A DNA stretch of 62,759 bases, filler included, from Bipalium vagum (taxonomy: Eukaryota): the NCBI GenBank assembly GCA_037834085.1. It is 3 parts of 3 records of this genome, joined end to end, with 100 filler letters (N's around TTAATTAATTAA, not from the genome) between each part and the next. Parts side by side here need not be neighbours in the genome. Positions count along the whole stretch, not along the records: positions 1 to 20,860 come from JBBMKC010245131.1; 2 more parts are not named here. The stretch is one strand, 5' to 3'. Every line of letters starts with the position of its first letter. Within the stretch, counting starts at the first letter, position 1. Below, piece after piece: positions 1-13,600 of this stretch. The translations under genes and the position numbers were made by a program. Below the pieces are notes generated by a model that worked only from the letters and a program-made list of their open reading frames with translations, searched no databases and was not told the origin of the DNA.

Positions 1-47
1 CTATTTTAGAACATAAGTGATCGTACGAATAATTTTTGCAGGTACTG

Positions 48-62
48 TATATATATATACAT

Positions 63-103
<41 letters not shown>

Positions 104-118
104 TATATATAATATATC
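48..118. repeat. (TA)n microsatellite, imperfect
   Basis: Run of alternating TA with a few interruptions. Confidence 0.9.
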
Positions 119-129
119 ATTTATATTAC

Positions 130-1330
130 ACTTATCATGAGATGCTTCTCTATATTTTTCATTTAAATAATCATGGTTTTTAACTGTGTTTTCATTCAAA
201 AGTTAATTACAATTATAACATCTATTTTGATTTATTCCAGTTTATTTCACCTTCTGTCATAATAATTGGAATATTAGTATTTTTTATTATATCATTTAAC
301 TTAATATTAATATTTTCTATAAAATTAAAAAAATCATTATTTGTGTTATTTCTTTTACAACCTAAGATGTATAACAATTTGGTTTATCTTTTCTAGTATC
401 CGTTTTCATGTTTAGGCCTAATAAAGAAGCTAAGAAATATAATTTAGAAAACACTAATGAAATTTGATAAATTTATACAAAATTAATTTAGAATATTCTG
501 ATACAAAAAATCCTACATGAATAAATTTATCAAATAATATTGTAAATCTTTTCAAGTGACAAGTTGATAAATATTCAAAAAATATTTTACTTCTTTCAAA
601 TGTTAATTTAGAAGCAAATAACTGAAATTTATTGTCATCTGAAACTATTTCTATATTTTTTCTTTTTCTAACATTTATAACAATTTTTTCCATAAAATGC
701 ATTATTTTAAAAAATTATATTAAAAAATCCTCAAATGCATCGTTATTTCTTTTAGCTTTTGTTCTTTTTTTATATTAAATTCTATGTATAATTTTCACGA
801 AGTTGATTATTTTAAAACTATTTTTTATGTATCTTCATTAATCTCATTACATGATCTAAATGCCAACCTAACATTGAACATTCTATTATATAATTATTTT
901 ATCAAATTGGGCTAACATTACTTTGCTGAAAAGATATTTAAAGCATTATTTTTAATTTCATAATTTTTTACTTTTCTTTTTTCTGGACAGAGCAGAAAAT
1001 ATTTAGTTTTATCATGAAGATCTAATAGGTATTCTAAATCAACTAAATATATAAATCTTTTTTCATTAGGTGATGATAACGATGTTCTTTCATAAATTAA
1101 ATTTTCATCTTTTTTAATATCTCCTGTAAAGGTATTGTTATACAACTTGAATATAAAGAATTTGCATTATAATATTTAAGATATCTTTCTTTAAAATATT
1201 TATAAAAATTACTTCTTTTTAATCTTGAATAATATATTTTTAATTCTCTAAACAAATTTTTTTCTAGAAAGCTATTTTTTGATTAATATCTCTATTCTTT
1301 AATTTTACTTTTCTATTTCAATGAAAACTA
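130..1330 (-). mobile_element. Degraded protein-primed family B DNA polymerase of a Polinton/Maverick (adintovirus-like) element
   Basis: ORF 918-1145 reads FIYLVDLEYLLDLHDKTKYFLLCPE (family pattern xEVDLEYPxxLHDxxxxYPLxPE). ORF 454-702 reads NVRKRKNIEIV...TFERSKIF...FDKFIHVGFFVSEYSKLILYKF (family pattern ENVRKR...KPxYVGFxILxxSKxxMY). Frameshifted; ends approximate. Confidence 0.75.
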
Positions 1331-1699
1331 GATACCTAAATAATATAATAAATGGTATAATTATTTATCTTTCTTATTAGGTTTGATAAATCATTATTTA
1401 TTTAAATCGTGTTGATCGAACATCAATGGAAAATGATGTAAATGTAAAGATGTATTTCTAAAGAATTTAAAGATAGACATAATGCTGATATTGAAATTAT
1501 ATTACGTCTACAAATTAAAAAGTTGACTATTTAATAAATGCCTCCAAAGTCACTTTTAAATCGCTTTTTTGCTCAATAGGTAATTATTAAATCACTTTAA
1601 TCATATAAAACTTCGTAGTTTTAATATTCTTTATAAATAGCAAAAAATCAAATGGATTCCAGAGAAATGTGAAAGCGATATCAGAAATGGGGGGGGGGC

Positions 1700-4410
1700 G
1701 TTTTTAACATTAGAAAACAAAGAAAGACTGTAAGGTAATGGAGAAAGACACAGACTCCTATGACTAACACCCAGAAGAGCGGACTCCGTCCGAAGTGGAG
1801 TAGTATAGACGTATGAATACAGTTTCTAAATGAAAGGAATATAATAGAGAATGTGAAAAAAGATAGTGAAAATGAAAAGGTGTCAGGGTAAAGAGAGAAT
1901 TGGAAAAGTTGAACAGATTCTTAAAGAAGAATTTTGAGAATGGAGATAGTAACGTTGAATAGCTTTAAAGAACAGAGTATCAGATATAATATAATAATAA
2001 GAAGGACAAGTATAATTGTTAATAAACAGGGACACGAAATGGAATGCTTACTGGATACTGGAGCTAGCATACATGTAATGAGTCAGACAAATCTCTAAAA
2101 TTAGGCAATGTAGAAGTACAAAAATGCACGAAGATCATAAAGACTGCGAATAATAGTGTAATAAATGTGATAGGAAAGGTAATGGCTGATGTTTATATTG
2201 GAGCTAGAGCTGAGTCAATTTCATTCACAATTGCAGTGCAGATTTCTCCAGAAAGAACATAATTTTTGACAAAGTTCAGATTTAAATTAATGATGATTGC
2301 AGTGGAAATGGAGGTAGCACAGGTATGCAACATTGAAGCCAAGTTAAATATGAAGAGCGCCTACTGAGAGCATAAAAGATATACAGGGTGTTTATTATGT
2401 ATGTTAAGATATTTTCATTTTAAATATTTTAACAAACAATATAGATATAAAGTAGGTAATACTTTTTTATTTGAATAACATATATTTAAAAACAAATGCA
2501 ATATGTAATTATATAATTTGACGCTCGTTGATAGCAAGGCAATGGCTTAATCGAGACAGTACATTTAGACATGCTCACTGGCACATTCCAGTATCTACTT
2601 CATTACAAACATGAGTGATTTTATCCTTGACAATTTGTTTGCGATTTTCTTACTTAGAGCGATTTTTACTTTGTCAGCGATTGTTTGAGGTTTGTCTCTG
2701 TACACATTTTGTTTTAGATATCCTCACAAGAAGAAGTATGCCGGAGTTAGATCTGGCGAATGAGGAGGCCACTCAATTGGACCTCGTCTTCCAATCCAGC
2801 GATTTGGGAACTTTTTGTCTAGCCAGTTCCTGACTTTTTGCGAATAGAGCGCAGTTGCCCCATCGTGTTGTAAGTACTTACCACCTCTTGTTATTCTAGG
2901 TCATCAAACCTTTTCCAGTATATGCAGGTATATGAACCAGTTACCGTATCTTCGAAGAAGTATGACCCAATGATACCTTGTGAACTTAAAACACATCCCA
3001 CCGTTATCCCGACCCTGGAGTTTCTAACAGGAATTGTTATTTTAGGGTTAGAGTAGACCCAATAGCAGCAATTGTGGCGGTTAACAACTCCATTGACAAA
3101 TTACTCTAGTCTGACCATATTACCTTGTGAACCAAGGAAGAGTCATCTCAATTACGGTTGACGGCTTAAATGAATGAAAGCCTGCTTCATTAATTGCCTT
3201 GTAATAACTGCTTACAGTCATGTCAAATTCCCTAGCACCCTGCAGAAACAGAAAAATTGCTAGATTCTTCAACCAATTTTCTCACTCTTTGAATTGTTTT
3301 CGTTGTTAATACTGAACGAGGTCGGCCGGATTTTATTTGGTCATGAACACTTCCAGTCTTAAACTTTTCCACTATTTTTTAATTGTTTGCCTACTTGGTG
3401 GTGTAGTAATAAACATCTTTTTCCAATGCCTAATTACTTCAAAATTATCAAGTTTTGAGTTACATTCAACAATTTGAATTCTTTCTTCCATCGAGAAACG
3501 CAAAGCCATTTTATTTTAAAATTAACTAAATGGATTATTAAACTTTTAATCCATATAAACAAATTAGTAATACCTTTATTTTTAAACTTGTAATTTAAAA
3601 ATAAAGTATGTTAACATACATAATAAACACCCTGTAATTACTGTAAAAGACAAGAAGCTCTTGAAAGTGATAAAAAAGTAAGCATTCATGGCAGATCGGT
3701 GGGATATTGGATGTACAAAAATGAAGAAGCATGAGATCAAAACTGCTGATGTATCGATTAACATAAAACCATCGTGACAGCCAAAGTATCTAGAAGAAAA
3801 CATCCATGAAGCAATAAAGAATTTATTTGAGAACGGAATAATAATTAAAAAATGCAACTCGCCATGGCACACCCCACTAATTTGCGTATGAAAAAATGAA
3901 AGAAAAGATGTCAGGTTATGTCTATCATTTAGAAAACTGAACCACGTGACTGAACACCAGGCTTTTCGGATGTTAAACATAGAATATTTATTAGATAGAT
4001 TAGAATGAGCGAAATGTTTTAGTACAGTTGATTTGGGTAGAATATTTTAAGTTGAATTGATGACGGATTCACAGGAAAAAACAGCTTTTTCAACAAGTGA
4101 AGGAAAATTTTGTTTCAAAAGAATGCCTTTTTAGGAAATTTTAAAAATACGATAGTTTATTTAGATGATATCATAATTTACACAAAAGATATAGAAATGC
4201 TAAAGAAGATAAGAGAAACAGAATTTAAAATCAAGAGAAGTTCCATGTATTAATCAAATTTATAGGCCATATAATTAACAAACAAGGAACCAAGACAGAC
4301 CTAGAATAAAATGAGACTTCTGCTACTTTCGAGAGACCAAAATGTGTAAAAGATTTAAGAAGCTTTTAGCGCATTTGTAATTACTATCGAGAATTTAACA
4401 ATTACCTGGT
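1700..4410 (+). mobile_element. Ty3/gypsy LTR retrotransposon pol remnant (protease + reverse transcriptase), interrupted by a DNA transposon
   Basis: Aspartic protease motif MECLLDTGASIHVMS at ~2039-2083. After the insertion: FMADRWDIGCT..KHEIKT, CNSPWHTPLICV, DVRLCLSFRKLN, FSTVDL, EKTAFST and YLDDIII (~4158). Many stops and frameshifts. Confidence 0.88.
2384..3634 (-). mobile_element. Full-length degraded Tc1/mariner transposon (rosa/DD41D- or maT-like) nested in the gypsy pol
   Basis: Perfect 24-bp TIRs CAGGGTGTTTATTATGTATGTTAA (2384-2407 and 3611-3634), TA on both sides. Minus-strand transposase starts at ATG 3509 (MALRFSMEERIQIV) and contains HDGATA and WPPHSPDLTP; disrupted. Confidence 0.92.
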
Positions 4411-4870
4411 TTAGATCTGCTGGTACTTAGGTGTTATCATCCATGACACAAATAAAATTTCTACTACTTTATTGTAAATATACTTGCTCTGTTTTCGGGC
4501 TCTTAATTCTTGATTTTTAATATACTTTGGTTTCTTCTTTTTAGTGTATATTTTCATACTAAGTGTCTGTTTTTTCCTGTGAATACTGCCATAATGAATA
4601 TTCAAATTTTCACCACCGTTGCGAACCGATTTTTACGGATTATTTGTGAATGAGGATCTCTCCATCTTTTGGTATTTATTTTTTTTTGGACGACCAGATT
4701 TCTTTATAAATTATGTACTATCTTCATTTTTAAATCACTTTAATATGCCTCGTATCGATCGTCTTGGCTTTTTCGTCAAAATATGGTCAATTGTCAATGT
4801 ACGATTTCTCTTATTTTCTTGGAAATATTCAATTATTCGGTTGGCTCTATCGTGATAAAGATTAACGCTT
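4405..4870 (-). mobile_element. Tc1/mariner transposase N-terminal fragment (possibly DD37E-like)
   Basis: Broken minus-strand frames give KKSGRPKK (HTH/AT-hook linker) and ICVMDDNT*VPAD, resembling the CVMDDETYV first catalytic Asp motif. Confidence 0.5.
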
Positions 4871-5121
4871 ATTTCCACCAAAAATAAGATATTATATATG
4901 AAATTAAAGCTTCTTTAACCTTCTATTAGAATATAAAAAATTTCCAATAATTTAATAATTAATAATAATTTAATAATTGTATGGTTTTATAAATTAAGCG
5001 CTACTAATTTTGATACAAACTATATATAAAAGATTGTTTTGATTATGGTTTATCTAAAACATAGTTATGAAAAATTTAAAAATAAAATAACACCAAAATT
5101 TTAAAAAGATAAGTAATGTGA

Positions 5122-5160
5122 TTATCAAATGTATTTATCAAATGTATTTATCAAATGTAA
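5122..5160. repeat. 3 x 13-bp tandem repeat TTATCAAATGTAT
   Basis: Directly visible; lies at the truncation point of the second gypsy element. Confidence 0.85.
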
Positions 5161-6729
5161 TTATTTCTGATGATATTATTATCATGCAGATTCTTTATCG
5201 TCTCGTTTATCTTTTCTTCTAAATTCATTGGTTGCCTAAATGGTTTTAAATTAATTGGCTCATCTTTCGTTTTTATTGTATGTTTTGTCAGATGAGTACA
5301 TCCAATGTCCCTTTTATCGGCCATGAACGTGTCTTCGCTTACTTCATTTATCTTTCGTAATTTGGCATCTGCATTAACGTTTAATAATTTTAATGCTCTT
5401 TTCAACTGTTCTCCTTTCTGTATTGTTCTACCAAATCTTCCTTCTACATTACACAGCGTATTGTCCAAATCTTCCAACTTGTTGGTTTTACTTTCATATT
5501 GTTGCTTCAAAACATATCTGATTTTTTTAAGAAACTCCATACCACCTACCAATTCAGGAGTGACACTTTCTACAACTATGAATTTCACAACTTTTCGAAC
5601 TTGACAAACGCTGACCTCTATGTTTATTGACCCTCTTGTCTCTTAATAACTATCGTTTGCACATCTCAGTTTTTCACCATACTGTTGAATCTTAAAATCT
5701 GTCAATTTCTGGGCAATCTTCATACTTATTACATTAATTCCTGCTCTCGTATCCAATAGTATATCCAATTGCAAATCCTGCAATTTTATTTTCACACTTG
5801 GACGCCCATGCATTCTGTCACACGAAATAACTGTCTCTTCAGTTTTTGCAATCGCATTCACTTGATTGCAGTCTTCAATCTCAAACTGCTTCTTTAAAAT
5901 CTTTACACTTTCTCTGCCGTTCGCGTCACTCCTTCCTCAGTCTCAATCCTTTGGGAATAATCATTTTCGATTTCTAGTATATGGCTCCCACTAGATCCCC
6001 TACTAGTGGAGCCTTGTCTTTTGGGTACACTGATGCATTCTCACATTCTTCTCTCATGCAATCTCCTTCCGATATCACATCAAAATTTTCACTAACTACA
6101 TTAATTCTTTTATTTCCATTCATCTCCTGATTAACTTCGTAAAAAGTCATGATCCTTCTCTATTTAGATTTGTGTGGCACTCCGAGGCTTGTTGACCATT
6201 AATTCCACACCTTTGACGTTTATTTTTAAAATTTCATTCATACTTTTTTTGCCGCAAACCTACCCCTTAGCGTACCTGACCTTACTAAGTTTGCTATAGG
6301 CCTAACTATCGAGCTTACACCTCACCATTCAAGAAAAAACTAAAAATCTCTCTAAGTAAAAATTTATTAAATGAGGGTGAAACCCTAGTAAATAAACAAA
6401 CAAACTGCAGCAGGCAGTCTTAACAAGCACTCGCAAATAAACTGCAAAGGCAGTCACTCACACACAACAAATCCCTTAATTATAAAGCTGTGCCAGGGAA
6501 AACCCTGGTCAGCAAAAATAAAATTATCGAAACCATACCTGATAATTTTCTGGACGAAAAATAATGAATTTTCGCCGGCTTATTTACTTTTTCAGAGTTG
6601 ATTTTAGCGTCTCTGATTGTTGAGTTAAGCTGTCAATCATGACATACTTACTATATTTAATTATTTCTAGAAATAGATTAAATTTCTAAAATTTTCTAAA
6701 ATAATTAATTTAGGAATTTTAGGGTGACA
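5151..6729 (-). mobile_element. Second Ty3/gypsy remnant: LTR, gag relic, protease and start of RT, truncated
   Basis: ORF 5643-5861 has LLDTRAGINVIS (mutated DTGA protease). ORF 5151-5588 has FMADKRDIGCTHLTKHTIKTKDEPINLKPFRQPMNLEEKINETIKNLHDNNIIR (pre-RT region), clearly related to the element at 1700-4410. Confidence 0.88.
6250..6729 (-). repeat. Putative 5' LTR (~480 bp)
   Basis: Minus strand begins TGTCAC (6729) and ends GCGGCA (6250), with a TATA-like box (~6481) followed by AATAAA (~6365). Sits directly upstream of the gag/pol relic. No clear PBS seen. Confidence 0.6.
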
Positions 6730-8265
6730 TACTACTGATTAAAAATCAATAGTTGCTCCTAAAATAATATTTAAAATGCAATTTTTAAAAATAGTGTTAA
6801 TTAATTAAAATTAATAATTAAATTATATGATTTAAATTAGCCAGCACTTATTTAATCTTTATTTTTCCCCAAAAATTTTAATTACAGAAGTTTTTAGAGA
6901 TGGGAGTAGAACCTCAGCATTTTTAAATATTTTAAAATAATTAAAATAAATAAAAAATTTTTAAAAACGTGATTAGCCTTCTCATAAGATGGATTATTAA
7001 ATATCCTGATAAAATATTCAGAAAATATAAATAATTTTTCAAAAATGTTAATAAATATATTACATTAAGTTAAGTATATTACATTAAATTTAATAAAGAA
7101 ATACCACTCCATATTTACCGTTATTTTAAATAATAACAATGTGTAAGAAAATTTGTTGAAGAAAACATTTTATTTTAAGATTAAATTAAAATTGACTTAA
7201 ATTTAAAGGAAAAACAAAAAAAAATCTTTAAAATAAGATTTTTTACGATCAATTCTACGGCATTAAACCTTCATAAATTAAATATAAAATATGATACACA
7301 ATTGCTAATTTTATGTAAGCATAGTTCTGAAAAGTTCAATTAGGTGAATTAAATAAAGTTGATGGTATTCAGAAGTTGTAAAATATAGCGGTTATCCAAT
7401 TTCGATAACCAGTAGAAATATGAGATGAATAACACTGCATACCTAAACACCCCTCGATATTTTTTATTTATATAATATAATGATATAAGAAAAAATAAGA
7501 AAAGAATTAATGTACTATCGATATAAGATATTTATGATATACAGTTGAATAACATCTTCACAAACACTTTCTGGGTTGTACTTGCACCCTGATAAATATC
7601 TAATAAGAGAGAAAATCTTAATGTATATACATTTGATATAATAAACATTCTTGAAGTATAAAATTCATTTTTAAAATCAACTTTGTCACTTTATCATAAT
7701 AAATAAACAAAAATGTATACATTTGTGGTAATGGAAGAAGATTGAGTTGAGGAAGACATATTACAATAATTATGGATAAACAAAAGGTTTTTAACGGTGA
7801 CAGCGAGCGGAAATTAGATCATGCTTATCTTTGAAAACTTCGATTCTTCTACTTTGAAATTCAATTTTATTTCACATAAATCTATTTATCATATAACCCC
7901 ATTCATTACAATTTCAATAGTTTTCCTTCTTATAACGTTAAAATATTTCTATATTTTATTTAAAGACATAAAAATGTAAAAAACCAAGAATATTATTATA
8001 ATATTTAATTAAAAAATTAATTACAAATAATTAATTAATATTATATATTTTTTTGTGACAAAAATCAAAATTTAAAATAGTTTTCAGAAATAGCTTCATT
8101 TATTATTATTATATATATAATGATAAAAATCATATTTTTCATTTATGTCAAAAAAGTCTCTCTGAAATATCTCCAGTTCCTTGCGAAAAGATCTATAACT
8201 TTTCATTGACTTATCTACATATATTAATTTAATAGTTTTTTTTAATATAGTATAAGTGTATGATA

Positions 8266-8266
<1 letters not shown>

Positions 8267-8324
<58 letters not shown>

Positions 8325-8335
8325 TTATTATATTT
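8267..8335. repeat. (TTA)n microsatellite
   Basis: Directly visible; explains the poly-Asn ORF 8096-8368. Confidence 0.95.
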
Positions 8336-9593
8336 ATTAAATATTAAATGTAACCTAAATCTTAACAAGTTTTGATGTTTAAATTAAATAAATTCTTAAA
8401 TAATAAAATGACAAAAATATTTTTTATATAAAAACATTTTAATAACTTTCAATAAAATAATATTTTCTGTTACTGCATAGAATTATTATAAATATATATA
8501 TTTGGAATAAAATAATTAATAAATATAAATAATTTTTTCATTCTTTGAATCTGTCTGTCATTTACTGGCAATAAAACGAGCAGTGCAAGAATGGCACGTA
8601 TCCTAACAGTTGCTTTAACGGTCAAAAGAAAAGTTGTCTTTAAAAATCTTATTCATGAATCAAAAATAGATTTTTATTTATAAATCATATTGAATTTAAA
8701 CAATTGTTTTTGACAAATTCAGATTTCGAAAAATAATAATAATCCAGGCTTATTCCATGAAGGTGAAGAGACATTTGAGTTTACAATACCTGGAAACATA
8801 TTACTAAAGGTGACTTGATTTCTTATATTTTTAAAATTTTTGTCGTAGTCATTTCATATTTGACTACTTCAGCATAGCTGAAATTTCGTAATTGGTTTAT
8901 TATTTCTAATTTTTTTTAATATTCTACTCAAAGTAATTGTTAGTATTTTTATTGTTTTATTCCAATATTAAATATTTTTTTCCATTTTTATTTATTGATC
9001 AGTGATATTGTTAATTTTTTACAATTTGATTTTTTAAAAATTTTCTGTATAATAATTACTATTTAGAAATTAACAACAGACAGAAAGGCAGGTGTACATT
9101 TTTCATCGCTAAAATTTATCATTTATAATAATATTAAAATTGTTAATAAATTTTATTAATTCTAAAGTTACCAATCACAAAAAATAATTGTTTTAATCAA
9201 TAACATTTCAAGGTTATTCTAAATTCACAATCTTCAATTTATTGTTAAAAATTGAACATTTCTTCAAAAATAACTTTAGAAATGGCTATTTGGGATATGA
9301 TTAATTATATTTTATTTATGAAGTTTCACAATTTATAATTTTTATTAATTTTTTAACATTAGCAAGACATTTAAGTTATAAAACACATTAACATTAATAG
9401 TTTTGTACTTCTGTATTTGTATTATTTTCAAATATTTTTTTAAGACTTAAGTACAAATTTTACTCAAACCTGGATACCATATAAACTTCCGGTAATATTT
9501 GGCTTATGAAGTTGATTAATGCTTTCTAATACTAATCTCATCCTTAGCAATTTCCAAAAAATTATAGATTATGTGTAAGTAGAAAATTGATTA

Positions 9594-10665
9594 TATTATG
9601 TTGATAGAAAAATATCGTTTTTCAACTATGAAAAGAAAATCTTCATAAATCAGGAAAAAAAACTAATAATCAAAATGAAACCAACGAGATGTAATGTATT
9701 TCTGTTAATGAATTAAAAGTTTTGTAATGCCGATTGAATAAGGTCTGCTTCTGGAGGCTACAAGTCTCTAAGGCTCTATTCTCAAACCACATGTTGAGAA
9801 GGAAATTGTAAAGGTTCTTAAAATAAATAAAAATCTGTTGGCAGAAAGTCTATTGAGTATTTGGAGATGAGAAAAAATTTGGTACCATAAATAAATTGTT
9901 CCAACTTTGCTGGTGCGACATATCGGCGCTGCTGAAAAATAATTGAACCATTTCTATAATCTTAGCCTGTGCAATTTTTCACTTTTTTCTTGAATATGTT
10001 AACAGTACTTCTCTGCGTAATAGTATCGCCCGACTTTGGAAAGTCATAATGAATCAGACCGATCTTTACCATCAAAATGTCAACATAACTTAAGAGCTTT
10101 TTGTCCGAACGTCGTCAATTGTCTCAAATATTTTTCGAAGGAGAAATAGGCTAGTGTTGCTGCGCAAAGCAATGAAAATGCCACTTCAAAACGATGATCT
10201 GTTTGCTTATACATCTTTCTTACTTTTTCAATTTGATTTAAATGATGAAGTACAGTGGTTTGATTAAAATTGAGTTTCTGTGCTATTTCTCAAGTGGTTG
10301 TGTTGGATTCGCTTTGATTATCTTTTTGGCAGGTCTCTATTAGTGTAACATTCAAGGGTATGATCTCCCTGGTGAAAACTTGCATACTAAGGTTGCAGAA
10401 GACGGTCAGAAACTGCTCCTTGTCCAAATACTTGTCTTATTTGTACTCTTACAAGAAAAATTTCTAACTTGACCTTTTCATTTTCCGTTAAATAGGTAGA
10501 AAAAACTATAATTAATAATCATTGAAAATTATTTATCATAGAAAATTTTTAATAATATTTTCGATTTTGAATATTACCAAAAAATAAGTATTATTATGAT
10601 ATTTTTCAAAAAACATGAACTTTAAAATAAATAAAAAGCGACATTATTTTTGCACCAGCCTAATA
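9594..10665 (-). mobile_element. Degraded mariner (DD34D) element
   Basis: Right end on the minus strand reads TATTAGGCTGGTGCAAAAATAATGTCGC (mariner-type TIR); a degenerate copy lies at ~9594. Broken frames give EIAQKLNFNQTTVLHHLNQI, GLIHYDF and YSIDFLPTDFYYF (YSPDLAPxD variant). Confidence 0.8.
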
Positions 10666-13600
10666 CTTTTTGCTAAATATTAAGATTTGTAGTTTCTTTA
10701 ATTAATCAAAATAGAAATATTAACAGACAATAAATAAAATAATTCATTTTTAATTAGACTTTTTTGAAGATTTAATGTATATTATAATAATTATTTTTAT
10801 TATTACTATTATTAAATAATTTTATAATTTAAAAAAATGAATAATTACTTTCAATATAAAAATAATTTAAAATTTTGGCTGTTAATAAATAATAATTATA
10901 AAAAAAATAATAATAAATCAAAAGCAATTGAAAAATTTCGAATTATCTTGATTTGTATATAAAATATTTTCCAAATACAAAAAAATTCCATTCATTAATT
11001 CTGACAAAAAATAGAATTATTAACTGAGAATCATCATAAATATATGACAATTAAAACAAAATTTAAAGAAACTTAACACATTTTAGATGCGTTTCTCAGG
11101 AAAAAATAAAGATTCGGTTGATTAGCTAATCTGTACATCATTAATTGTACATCAATAAAAAAGAAAACTCAATTTTCTTGTCCATGTTATCTGGCAGGAA
11201 ATTGGTCAATTGCGGTCATTATCTTGACCATGGACAACTAATAGAAGTTCCCAGTCTTCATCTATGGATCTGTCGCTTGATAATCACGCTAATGATTCGG
11301 TTTTTGTTGAACAATTAAGTCCAACTTCCAGGTGAAACAATGTACACAATGCCATTCCAGTTTGTTGTAGATAAGCATTAGCAATTTGTCACAGATTGAT
11401 GAACGATTTGCGCGGACGGAATTACGTAAAAAAATTAATATCAATTAATTTTTTCAGAATAGGGATTTTGAGATAAATTTCAAAGAATTGAATTAAGTTT
11501 TTCAAGTATTATATTTTCTATATGAAAATATTGCAACTTATATTACTTTTGGCAATTTATTTATTTATTTATATATTTATAATTTATTTTATTTATATTT
11601 TAAATTATTTGTTTATATTCTATTTTATTTATATATCTGAAAATTATTACAAATATGTTTTTGCAATCATTTCTTGTTTCGAATAATTTTTCTATTTGAA
11701 AAAGTTATAAAATAATTTTTTATTTTATAAAGTTTTTTGCTGTTTTATCCTAATATCTGAACAGATACCTCTTTTGACAATCTTATTTCATTATTTATTG
11801 AGCAAATTCACATATCTTATCCGGTTTCCAGGACACTGAAAACGTATGAAAATTTGAATTAATTTTCCTATCGGTTCAATATTTCACTATAAATGAAAAT
11901 AATAAATGAATACAATAATAAATTTTTCATACTTTGATATTGTAAACTTTATAATTGGCAAGTCCAATATATTGGAGCTTCAAACGTATACTTGTATTGA
12001 GGGGGCGTGATTGACTCTGAAAAGAAAATAATGTATTTATAACAAATATATATATATATATTAAAATCAAAAACCAAGTAATTACCACGTCCTGAATCAA
12101 TTGCAAGTTCAGATCAACAGAGATCTTTGCTGCTATTCTAAAATCGTTTTTGTTCATATGGTAAATTTGTTACACGTATAAAAAACGGATGAAAATTAGT
12201 AAATAGTATACTGGTCGTCCATTGCAATGGTAACATTATTTGTTATGATATATCTATTCAAGGTTGATTGAATTAGAACGTCGTCTTGTCCAGACTTGGT
12301 ATCTGAACTTGTTATCTTCACAAATTTTGTATTCCAACCGTATTACACTGCGATGTGATTAATGTATTATTATGTGATATGAGTAATGAACTTGATATTG
12401 TCATAATGAAAATTGATCAAGTTCATTTAAAAGATCCCACATAAATGTTACATTCACTGTCCGTTAAAAAAAACAGTAGATAGATCAAAATGTTAGAGAC
12501 AGAATGTAAATAACATTCAAGGAACGAAAATAGTACAAAATGTTATAAAGTTTCATAAAATTATGGTTTATGTGGGATGGAAGAGTGATGTTTTTCTTTT
12601 GCTATACTTTTTTATTTGAAGGACGACGAAAGTAGAAATATTGTGTTAATATATATATTTTTTCATTTATTTATGATTTATTCTTAGACTTATAATAATC
12701 TTCATGTCTTCCTCATTACATGATAATCATCAAAATAAACATGGTCATCATTAACATCAGGGGGTTTCAAGTCCATAATTATAATTATTTTAACGAATAG
12801 GAATTCTCCAAAATATTAAATTATTTTACCATACGATTTTCAATTCTTTATTTTCTTTAAGTTACTGAGTTAGTGGAAATGTTATGTTTATATTTACTTT
12901 GAACTTGTTACTTAACAAGTATTATTTATTAATTACAAGTATATTATTTATTTTAATTTTTTATATTATTTTAGTTAATTTTAGGCTTGTTAAAGTTAAG
13001 AAATTCTGTTAGGGCAATTGTTTACTTTTGATCTTTATTCCAGAATCTTAAAGACAATTTCATTATAAAATGGAAAACCAAAGTATCCTTTTAATCTTCT
13101 TTATTTTAATTAATGTTCTTTAATAATTTTCTGTTTTCTCAAAGGAAAGAAAGCGTAAAAAGAGACTTTTTACTTGTCTTTTTTTAAATTTGTATTGTGT
13201 TTTTCGTTACCCAATGATACTAGAAGACTAAACAGGAATTTTTTTAATCTTTTGTTTTTTTTTCGGAAATCTTTTATTTTTCGGATAAGTAATAATATAT
13301 GAATTCTAAAAAATTAAAATCTTTACTGAGATTTTTTATTATTGAATAAGCTTAATAATCATATTCGAGTTTCTAAAGACTTAATTATATCATTTTTATC
13401 AGTACTTTAACTTATTTTCAAATAATATAATACCAACTTTAATTTAAATTTAAATATTCAAACACAACTTTATTTTTAGTTGATATTTTGGATTGGCAAC
13501 TAAGTAATTGAATATTTTTGTAAATAATTTTTTGAAATGTGCGGCCTTGCATTATCATGAAGAAAAAAAATGATTTCCGAAAAAAGTTTTTATTTTTTTA

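Noticed and set aside
6740-8000. Coding-like AT-rich stretch next to the LTR
   Set aside because: No assignable motif in any frame.
8096-8368. Poly-Asn ORF (and poly-Tyr ORF 54036-54317)
   Set aside because: Translations of (AAT)n microsatellites.
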